Positions 16,567 through 24,221 of a DNA stretch of 36,061 nucleotides are shown here, piece by piece. How positions within the stretch are numbered: the first letter of the stretch is position 1; every line of letters starts with the position of its first letter. The stretch lies in the NCBI GenBank assembly GCA_022449325.1, contig JAKUSK010000004.1, positions 1 through 36,061 of the forward strand. Direction: 5' to 3'. The notes under the pieces were generated by a model. It ran no database searches, had not been told where the DNA came from, and was given only the letters and a program-made list of their open reading frames with translations. A program made the translations under genes and the position numbers. The stretch comes from Nitrososphaerales archaeon (GTDB taxonomy: Archaea; Thermoproteota; Nitrososphaeria; Nitrososphaerales; UBA57).

Positions 16567-17910
16567 ATGAAAATACTAGTAACTGGAGCAAGTGGATTTA
16601 TCGGTAAGAAACTTGTTCAACATTTATTGGACAAAAACATATCCGTTCGAATAATGTCAAGAAGATTAGAAAGTTTGGATGGGTTTGAACATAAAAATCT
16701 AGAAAAAGTAAAAGCTAATGCACAGAAATATGAAGAAGTACGAGATGCATTAAAAGGAATAGATATTGCATATTACCTTATTCATTCAATGGAAGGTGAA
16801 TCAAAGGATTGGAAGAAATTTGCAGAAATTGATAAAAAAGTTGCAAAGAATTTTGCAGATGCTTCAACTGAATGTGGAGTAAAGAGGATAATATATGTAG
16901 GAGGATTAGTAAGTATTCCAGATTCGGAAATGTCGAAGCATATGTCAAGTAGAAAAGAAGTAGGTGAAATTCTAAAGTCATCTGAGGCTAAAACAACGAT
17001 ATTTCGTGCGTCTGTAGTACTCGGTAAAGGAGGAGGAGGATTTGAAATGATGAGATATTTGGTAGAGAGATTACCCGTAATGGTATGTCCAAAATGGGTT
17101 TTAACGAAATTACAACCTATTTACATTGATGATGTAGTAGAATATCTCTATGAAAGTTTGAATGTCAAAGAAACTGAGAATCGAACGTTCGATATTGGCG
17201 GGCCTGATATATTAGAATATAGAGAGATGATGAAAGCATATGGAAAAATGAATAATAAATCCATAATCATGATAATCATACCATTTCTAAGTCTAAGATT
17301 TACTTCATATTGGGTGGATCTAGTCACTCCAATTAAAGCTTCATTAGCTAGACCATTAGTAGAGGGATTAAAAAATGAATCAATAATGACTGAGGAGTCC
17401 ATAATGGATTTAATTCCAATTAAATTAAAAGGAGTGGAAGAATCATTAAAGTTATCAATTTATGAAGATGATAAACACGAGTTTACCAAAAAAGAAAATT
17501 ATCTATCTTATTTAGTGATGGCACTGAGTATCATAGGAATTTTGCATTTACTTGTTGATCAAAGATTAATGATGATGTTACCAATAACAGGAACAGTATC
17601 AGTGATTTGGTTAGCAATAATTGGAGCAGGATATTATTTCATAAAACAGAGAGCAAGATTAGGATCTTTATTAGTAGGAATTGCTGGTTGGTCTGCTGCA
17701 CTGTTTTGGTTAGTAGATAGTACGTATTTGATTTCCTATTTGCCTCAAATAGGGCCATATCCAGTTAGCAAAGGAATATCAATATTAGGAACTTATCCAA
17801 GTGTTAATACATCAATATTAAACATAATAGGACTTTGTGTAATTGCAGTGTTATTAGTTGTAGCACACTTTACATTCTACGATAAAGATCTTTACACTAA
17901 ACAATTATAG
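16567..17910 (+). CDS. Atypical SDR / NAD(P)-binding epimerase-family protein (YbjT-like) fused to a C-terminal membrane domain
   Basis: ILVTGASGFIG, AYYLIHSM, HMSSRKEVG, FEMMRYLVERLPVM, QPIYIDDV, DIGGPD, ARPLVEGL; about four hydrophobic segments in the last ~135 aa. Confidence 0.85.
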   Translation: MKILVTGASGFIGKKLVQHLLDKNISVRIMSRRLESLDGFEHKNLEKVKANAQKYEEVRDALKGIDIAYYLIHSMEGESKDWKKFAEIDKKVAKNFADASTECGVKRIIYVGGLVSIPDSEMSKHMSSRKEVGEILKSSEAKTTIFRASVVLGKGGGGFEMMRYLVERLPVMVCPKWVLTKLQPIYIDDVVEYLYESLNVKETENRTFDIGGPDILEYREMMKAYGKMNNKSIIMIIIPFLSLRFTSYWVDLVTPIKASLARPLVEGLKNESIMTEESIMDLIPIKLKGVEESLKLSIYEDDKHEFTKKENYLSYLVMALSIIGILHLLVDQRLMMMLPITGTVSVIWLAIIGAGYYFIKQRARLGSLLVGIAGWSAALFWLVDSTYLISYLPQIGPYPVSKGISILGTYPSVNTSILNIIGLCVIAVLLVVAHFTFYDKDLYTKQL

Positions 17911-18360
17911 GACAATAAGGAAATATCCTAAAGCTGCTCCATAAATTGCGTGATTTACGAAGCTTCCAATTACAGGAATATTACCCAATGGATGCTCAAG
18001 TGGCTTAACTTTAGTAATAGGTTCATGAATAATCAATACCACAAGAGCAAAAAGAAAGCCTAAAATTGTTCCTGAAATCAAATATGATACTTGAAAGTCA
18101 ATAACACTAACTATAATTGCAAAAGCAATACCGCCTAATCCACCATGAAGAAGATGAAAAAGAAAACTTGGAATTAATAGTTCTTCAGGGTTTTTTTTGA
18201 TGAATTTGGAAGTAATAACTTGGTTTTCGTGCCATTCAAGAACAGATGTCATTCCCCATTTTTTATACATTGGAACTTGAAGAATAGACATTGCAGCTGT
18301 TGCAATAAAACCTGCAATTAATCCATTAATAATAAAAACAATATCCATTTCAAACACCAA
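17905..18360 (-). CDS. Four-TM membrane protein of unknown function (paralog 2)
   Basis: GLIAGFIATAAMS, YKKWG, EWHE, FHLLHG, IHEP, NHAIYG; clearly similar to the adjacent ORF. Confidence 0.8.
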   Translation of the reverse strand: MVFEMDIVFIINGLIAGFIATAAMSILQVPMYKKWGMTSVLEWHENQVITSKFIKKNPEELLIPSFLFHLLHGGLGGIAFAIIVSVIDFQVSYLISGTILGFLFALVVLIIHEPITKVKPLEHPLGNIPVIGSFVNHAIYGAALGYFLIVL

Positions 18361-18841
18361 TGTACAAAATTAATGCTATATAGAAATCAACAACTGATAC
18401 ATAAGATTGAGACAAAATGAAACCATAAATCGCATGGCCAAATACACTAACTAAAGCAGGTTTATAGCCAAATGGATTATCACGTAAAGATTCACCAGTA
18501 ATTAATTTGTGGACAGGTAATAAGGTAACAATCCAAACAACAATAGCATAAATTATTCCTAGTAATATTGTTGGTAAAGTATTTGTGAGATTAATGTAAA
18601 AAACAAATGGAATTGACAATAATGATCCATTAATCATATGAGTAAGAAGTCCGAATGAAGAGATTTTATTTTTGAATTCTCGATTTGTTAGTTTACAAAA
18701 CATCATTTCACTTTCATGAAGTTCATAGACTCCTTTGATTCCCCATTTTTTATAAAATGGATATTCAGAAATAGACATAACTACAGTAGGAAGAATTCCT
18801 GCTATGAATCCAACAAACAAATAATGTATGTAATTCAACAC
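18350..18841 (-). CDS. Four-TM membrane protein of unknown function (paralog 1)
   Basis: GFIAGILPTVVMS, YKKWG, ELHE, THMING, VHKL, GHAIYG; GTG start. Confidence 0.8.
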   Translation of the reverse strand: MLNYIHYLFVGFIAGILPTVVMSISEYPFYKKWGIKGVYELHESEMMFCKLTNREFKNKISSFGLLTHMINGSLLSIPFVFYINLTNTLPTILLGIIYAIVVWIVTLLPVHKLITGESLRDNPFGYKPALVSVFGHAIYGFILSQSYVSVVDFYIALILYIGV

Positions 18842-18954
18842 TCAATGAATATTTTGTCATCGTTTATAATTCATACAGAAAAATAATTCATAGTGCCAAT
18901 AATTAGTTCTAGTGCTAAATACTATATATAGGATGAGCGTAATTTAGAGTTATA

Positions 18955-19812
18955 ATGGTATACATAAGAAATAAACGGGTAAAGGGAATGAATTATTCAT
19001 ACCTAGTAAGAAGTGTATGGGATAAAGAGAAGAAAGCTTCGAAACAAGAAACAATAAAATACCTAGGTAGAACAGAAAAAATAACATTAGAAGATATTCC
19101 GAAAGACTATGCAGAGGATAAAAACATACTCAAGTTTTTTGCAAGAGACAATAATGGAAGTAGAAAAAATTATAATGAATATGTAACAAAGGTACGTAAA
19201 GATTTATTCAAGAAATTAGCAGGTCCGGGACCAATAAATTTAGCAAAAGTATACGACGAGTATAAAGATGATTTTACGATACTAGAATTTTATGACAAGA
19301 TAATTAAACATATCTTATATGATGTGGGCGATTTATGGAGAAGAAATGAATTGATGATTGGAACCGAGCATGTAGTAAGCAACAGATTATTAGGAATCAT
19401 CAGTGAGATGAATAAGAAAGATATAAAGAAGAAGAAAAGATCAAAGTTACTTATTTGTAATCCTTCAGGAGAACGACACAATATTGTATGTAATATGCTC
19501 GAATCTATTTTAACTGACAGAGGTTATAATGTATACAACATTTCTCCATCAACTCCAAGTAAAGATGTAATTAAATACGTAACTAATATTGAACCAGACA
19601 TGGTAATGGTTTCAATAACTTTACCCGCAAACCTGCAGAGTGGAATTAACCTTGTAAAGAACATATCAAAAGATTACAATAAGCCAATTGTTGTAGGGGG
19701 ACAGGCTATAACAGAATCAAGTTCAAAGAAATTCCATCCAGCAATAGCAATGCCGAATCAAAATACATTAGATGAAAATCTTAAAGAAATTAGAAGTCTA
19801 GTTCCAGCATAA
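18955..19812 (+). CDS. Cobalamin-binding domain protein (CarH/LitR-like B12 module) with a basic N-terminal domain
   Basis: LYDVGDLWRRNELMIGTEH (Wx9EH), GERHNI (ExH), VSIT and VVGG of the Rossmann B12-binding fold. Confidence 0.85.
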   Translation: MVYIRNKRVKGMNYSYLVRSVWDKEKKASKQETIKYLGRTEKITLEDIPKDYAEDKNILKFFARDNNGSRKNYNEYVTKVRKDLFKKLAGPGPINLAKVYDEYKDDFTILEFYDKIIKHILYDVGDLWRRNELMIGTEHVVSNRLLGIISEMNKKDIKKKKRSKLLICNPSGERHNIVCNMLESILTDRGYNVYNISPSTPSKDVIKYVTNIEPDMVMVSITLPANLQSGINLVKNISKDYNKPIVVGGQAITESSSKKFHPAIAMPNQNTLDENLKEIRSLVPA

Positions 19813-19830
19813 AATTACAGGGAAGAAGAA

Positions 19831-19989
19831 TGGGGACGGCAGGATTTGAACCCACGATCTCCCGGTCACTGCTGCTCCAAAGGTACATCATCCAATAAGT
19901 CAGTTTTCACCTTAATCATACATTAGCTTCTGGAGCCGTTAGCGGCACAAATATGTGCTGACGCCATAACCGAGCTAGGCTACGTCCCC
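19831..19989 (-). tRNA. tRNA-Trp(CCA) with two introns (28/29 at 19939-19959; 37/38 at ~19867-19929)
   Basis: Reverse complement: GGGGACG TA GCCT AGCTCGGTTA TGGC G TC [21 nt] CGG CT CCA G [63 nt] A CCGGG AGATC GTGGG TTCAAAT CCTGC CGTCCCC A, giving a 75-nt mature cloverleaf. Confidence 0.93.
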
Positions 19990-20038
19990 CCTTTACCTGA
20001 ATTAATATTCAAGTCATAATATATATTGAATATAGTTT

Positions 20039-20506
20039 TTAAATTAAAGAATTCCCGTTAGAATCAATAATTCCTTTCTTAATACGCGTTGTAGATATAG
20101 GGAACCCATCTTTTGCATTAATAAGTTCAATAATTTCTCCATGAAGTGGCTTTAAGCCATTAGATTGTCGAGTGTTATTTAAAGAGTCCAAACGATGAGA
20201 GTTTTCAGATGTAAGTACTATTACGTCAATGTTATCAAGAAAACTAGCAGGTCCAAAATAATCTTCAAGTTTATAGACATCATATTTAGTATTGGGAAAA
20301 GTTGAATCTATAAAATCTCGAATATTGTTTGTTCTCGCATCGTAATTATTAAGAACTTTTTTATTCAATTTGTTTACAAAATTATCTGAAGTAACTCCAA
20401 TTACTACTTCCTCAGAGATTTGAAACGAGTTTCCAAGTAGGTGTTTATGACCTACATGCAAGATATCAAATGTTCCGCCTACTGCGGCACGTTTGTATTT
20501 ACTCAT
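20039..20506 (-). CDS. coaD: Phosphopantetheine adenylyltransferase (archaeal type)
   Basis: GGTFDILHVGH, GVTSD, DYFGP, ISTTRIKKGIIDSNG. Confidence 0.9.
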   Translation of the reverse strand: MSKYKRAAVGGTFDILHVGHKHLLGNSFQISEEVVIGVTSDNFVNKLNKKVLNNYDARTNNIRDFIDSTFPNTKYDVYKLEDYFGPASFLDNIDVIVLTSENSHRLDSLNNTRQSNGLKPLHGEIIELINAKDGFPISTTRIKKGIIDSNGNSLI

Positions 20507-20594
20507 TATAATATATAGAACATAATTGGAATTTAGATGTATCTTTAGAATCTAAATAGATTTTATATTGAAGAAAATAGATTTAGAAATAATA

Positions 20595-21500
20595 ATGGAG
20601 AAATTAGAAATAGATAAGAGATTTATTGAGGCAGGGAAAATTGCTGCTACGGTCAGAGAACATTTTAAGAAAAAGAATCTAATTGGAATGACAGTGACGC
20701 AACTTTGTAATGAAGTAGAGGGAATGACAAGAAAATTAGGTGCAGAACCTGGTTTTCCTTGCGGAGTATCAATTAACAGTGTTACTGCACATTATAGTGG
20801 AGAATTATTCGATGATCAAACAATAAATGACGATGCAGTAATTAAATTAGATTTAGGGGCACATATAGACGGGTATGTAGCAGATACGGCAACGACAATT
20901 TGCTATGATCCTGATTATCAGGAATTAACATTGGCTACGGAGGCTGCGTTGAACAATGCAATAAAGGCTGTAAAAGACAAGATATCTTCATCCGATATAG
21001 GAAGGATAATATCTGATACGGCAGAAAAATTTGGGTTTATACCAATATCAAATCTTTCTGGACATTCAATTGAGAGATTTAAAGTACATGCAGGAGTCTC
21101 TATACCAAATGTGTGGACGCCACTAGGTTCAAGTTTAAGAAAAGGAAATGTATATGCAATTGAACCATTTCTCACAGTAAAAGATGGTTCAGGTCAAGTA
21201 GTAGATGGAAAAACAAAAACCATCTATATGTTGACAAGAAGGAAAAAAACTGGAGATAAAAAAATCGATGAATTAATTAAGAAAATATGGGATACCAGAA
21301 ATACTTTACCATTTTCTCCAAGATGGTTTTTGGATGATTATAAAAAGGAAGAATTAGATAGGATGTTAGACAAATTAGTTGCAAAAAAAATCATAAGAGT
21401 ATATCCAGATTTATTAGAAGCAAATAATCAGACAGTGGCGCAATTTGAGCACACGGTAACTCCGACAGAAAATGGAGTAGTAATTTTAACTAAGATTTAG
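20595..21500 (+). CDS. map: Type II methionine aminopeptidase
   Basis: FPCGVSINSVTAHY, KLDLGAHIDGYVADTA, NLSGH, HAG, AIEPF, AQFEHT. Start is either ATG 20595 or TTG 20568. Confidence 0.95.
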   Translation: MEKLEIDKRFIEAGKIAATVREHFKKKNLIGMTVTQLCNEVEGMTRKLGAEPGFPCGVSINSVTAHYSGELFDDQTINDDAVIKLDLGAHIDGYVADTATTICYDPDYQELTLATEAALNNAIKAVKDKISSSDIGRIISDTAEKFGFIPISNLSGHSIERFKVHAGVSIPNVWTPLGSSLRKGNVYAIEPFLTVKDGSGQVVDGKTKTIYMLTRRKKTGDKKIDELIKKIWDTRNTLPFSPRWFLDDYKKEELDRMLDKLVAKKIIRVYPDLLEANNQTVAQFEHTVTPTENGVVILTKI

Positions 21501-21703
21501 TTCTTTTTTGGTTCTTCGCCATAGATTAAAGAAATCATAATATTCTCATTACAATCTTTACATTTGTCAAGAATTTTATGGACCAAATCTCCGTCTTTAA
21601 ATTCGCGTTTAACGGGTTTTTTGCATTTAACACATTCTTCAATCGTATAAACAGTGAGTTTCTTTGCTTTTTTATCGGGAGCTCCCATTATTGGTAACGA
21701 CAT
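21497..21703 (-). CDS. Small putative zinc-ribbon protein
   Basis: CVKC...REFKDGD...CKDC...IYGE; directly follows the DUF1512-like gene. Confidence 0.75.
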   Translation of the reverse strand: MSLPIMGAPDKKAKKLTVYTIEECVKCKKPVKREFKDGDLVHKILDKCKDCNENIMISLIYGEEPKKN

Positions 21704-21705
21704 AT

Positions 21706-22824
21706 CTACTGAATTACTCCTATTGTGTTTCCAACACCAACAATAATAATCTTATCATTAGGATTTGTTCTTTCTTCAATAATTCTATTAATTATATCAT
21801 GAACAGTATCAACGCTTTCTGCAATTTCCTTAGTCATTAAAGAGATTGCTTCAACAAGTGACTGTTTGACAACTATTGCATAAACAGGTAAATTACTATT
21901 AGTAGCAGCTTCTTCAATTTTGAATTTATCGACACCTATTCCACCTATAGCAGCACCAATTCCTTCGGCAACTTCACCTGTTTTTTCACCCTCTAACTTT
22001 AGAGCAGCGTCAATCATAATCAGAAGAGATGGATTTTCTTTATTAATTAACTCTTGAACTGCATTACCAGGCTGACCAACAGTTCCTGCAGGGCCTTTTG
22101 CTGTAACGAGAATGGCCTTACGACCTGAGATATCTGATTCAGCATAAACAGTATCAACAGCTATATCATGTTTCTCATGTTCAAGCATCAATTTACCAAC
22201 AATCATTGGACCTATTGCATCACCAATAGGTTGATTCTTTTTGAATGTAGCCATTGCTTTATTTAATGCGTCGGCTTGTAACATAAGAAATGGAATAATC
22301 ATTTGTAGCTGTGCAAGAAGTAAGAAATTGTTTGTTTTTTTACCCACTAAATAAAAATGACGAACAATTTTATAGACAAAGTTGAATGAAGTGGCAATCT
22401 CAATAACATTTTCAATAGAGTTTGCTTTAAGTTCGTCAAGATCAGGAAAGAGCTGTTTGATTTCACTTTTCATTCTCATATCTCTACTAGTCATAATATG
22501 ATCAAGTTTGTTTATGACACCTGCAGGATCTAAATCAACAGGCATTATAGTAAAGTATTCAAGAAATGAATCAAGGCGTTTTATTGTTTCTTCTTTATTA
22601 TCTATACCTTCAGTAATATGCGCAATTGTTTCATCTCGTGATTTATCTTTCATTTCTTTTAGACGACCAACAGTTTTTGACAAGTCGTTAGTGATAAGCC
22701 AAGTTTGTAATTTTTGTCCGTACAATATCAAGAGAGCTAAAGGAAGATAGATTATCGCAAGATTAAGAATGGGATTACTTGTAATTTGTGTGTTTCCAGC
22801 TCCGATTATAAATATTAAATCCAT
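21706..22824 (-). CDS. DUF1512-like membrane-anchored archaeal protein
   Basis: N-terminal TM, PVDLDPAG, KIVRH, PIGDAIGP, IDAALKLEGEKTG, EGIGAAIGG, GVGNTIG. Confidence 0.8.
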   Translation of the reverse strand: MDLIFIIGAGNTQITSNPILNLAIIYLPLALLILYGQKLQTWLITNDLSKTVGRLKEMKDKSRDETIAHITEGIDNKEETIKRLDSFLEYFTIMPVDLDPAGVINKLDHIMTSRDMRMKSEIKQLFPDLDELKANSIENVIEIATSFNFVYKIVRHFYLVGKKTNNFLLLAQLQMIIPFLMLQADALNKAMATFKKNQPIGDAIGPMIVGKLMLEHEKHDIAVDTVYAESDISGRKAILVTAKGPAGTVGQPGNAVQELINKENPSLLIMIDAALKLEGEKTGEVAEGIGAAIGGIGVDKFKIEEAATNSNLPVYAIVVKQSLVEAISLMTKEIAESVDTVHDIINRIIEERTNPNDKIIIVGVGNTIGVIQ

Positions 22825-22888
22825 AAAATCAACTCAATTAAGACAAATATATTATAACTAGAAAATAAGCATTATTGGATAAAATAAA

Positions 22889-23005
22889 GTGCCGGCACCA
22901 TTGCTTCCCGAGACCGTTGGGACCTCAGTAACACACTGGCGTCGACGGTCTTAACTTCTGGGTTCGGAATGGGACCAGGTGGAACCCCGTCGCTATGGCC
23001 GGCAA
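22889..23005 (-). rRNA. rrf: 5S rRNA (stand-alone)
   Basis: Reverse complement TGCCGGCCATAGCGACGGGGTTCCACCTGGTCCCATTCCGAACCCAGAAGTTAAG...GGGAAGCAATGGTGCCGGCA, with the conserved CCGAAC and GAAGTTAAG and a closing GCCGGC helix. Ends are approximate. Confidence 0.95.
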
Positions 23006-23102
23006 CAATAGATAATAAAAATTACACATAGATTAACTTTTGCATTATTTACACGACAAAATCATATTAACGAAAGATAACTTATTAAATGCAGGTATAA
23101 AA

Positions 23103-24221
23103 TTGGCAGATTATTCAGTAACTCCGTGGGAAGTTAAAGGAGAAGTAGATTACGACAGATTGGTAAGAGACTTTGGTACTTCGTATATTGATCAATCATT
23201 ATTGGATAGAGTAAAAACACATACAGGGGAACCACATTTTATGTTAAAAAGAAAGGTATTTTTTAGTCATAGAGATTTCAATTGGATTTTAGATAAATAT
23301 GAAAAAGGAGAGAAGTTCTTCTTATACACTGGTAGAGGTCCGTCTGGAGACACACATTTAGGTCATTTATTGCCTTGGATTTTTACACAGTACTTGCAAG
23401 AGAAATTTGGCGTAGAACTATACTTTCAAATCACCGATGACGAGAAATATATGTACGACAGATCATTAACAAGAAAACAAGTATCGGAATTTGCTTATGA
23501 GAACATATTAGATATAATAGCATTAGGTTTTGATCCAGAAAAAACGTTCATTTTTAAGAATACTGAATACATAAAAACTATGTATAAAATTTCAACAGAC
23601 ATTGCAAAACACATTACATTTTCTACTGCAAAAGGCATATTTGGTTTCCAAAATAGTTCCAACATAGGAATGATTTTTTTCCCGTCTTTGCAAGCTGCAA
23701 CATGTTTCTTGCCATCAGAATTAAAAGGAAAAAATATTCCATGTTTGATTCCTGCAGCAATTGACCAAGATGATTATTGGAGAGGAATTGCCAGAGAGAT
23801 TGCACCAAAATTGGGATATTACAAACCTGCTCAAATACATTCAAAATTCTTACCTGCATTACAAAGAGGAGAAAAAATGAGTGCGTCGAAACCAAATACT
23901 GCAATATTTACAACTGACGAACCTGAAGTAGCGGAAAAAAAGATAAAAAGTGCATTTACAGGAGGTAGAGATACAATAGAAGAACATAGAAAACATGGAG
24001 GAAATCCAGATGTAGATAGTGCATTCCAATATCTTTACATGATTTTGGAAGAAGATGATAAAAAAATATCAGAAATTGAAGCGGAATATAGAGCAGGAAA
24101 TCTATTATCAGGAGAATTAAAACAAATTGCTGCAGAGAAGACCAAGGTATTTCTAAAAGAACATCAAAGAAAAAGAGAGTCTGCGAAGAAAACTTTCGAT
24201 AAATTTATTTTGAGAGATTAG
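23103..24221 (+). CDS. trpS: Tryptophan-tRNA ligase
   Basis: VTPWEV, YTGRGPSG, HLGH, AAIDQD, KMSAS, AFTGGR. Start placed at TTG 23103 (the ORF track extends to 23040). Confidence 0.96.
   Translation: MADYSVTPWEVKGEVDYDRLVRDFGTSYIDQSLLDRVKTHTGEPHFMLKRKVFFSHRDFNWILDKYEKGEKFFLYTGRGPSGDTHLGHLLPWIFTQYLQEKFGVELYFQITDDEKYMYDRSLTRKQVSEFAYENILDIIALGFDPEKTFIFKNTEYIKTMYKISTDIAKHITFSTAKGIFGFQNSSNIGMIFFPSLQAATCFLPSELKGKNIPCLIPAAIDQDDYWRGIAREIAPKLGYYKPAQIHSKFLPALQRGEKMSASKPNTAIFTTDEPEVAEKKIKSAFTGGRDTIEEHRKHGGNPDVDSAFQYLYMILEEDDKKISEIEAEYRAGNLLSGELKQIAAEKTKVFLKEHQRKRESAKKTFDKFILRD

Noticed and set aside
18955..19140. IS element suggested by the transposase-like N-terminus
   Set aside because: No DDE domain, terminal inverted repeats or target-site duplication; the segment is fused in frame to an intact B12-binding domain.
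15346..19830. Possible integrated island downstream of the tRNA-Trp 3' end
   Set aside because: No integrase or transposase catalytic domain, and no duplicated tRNA 3' end (att site) was found by eye.
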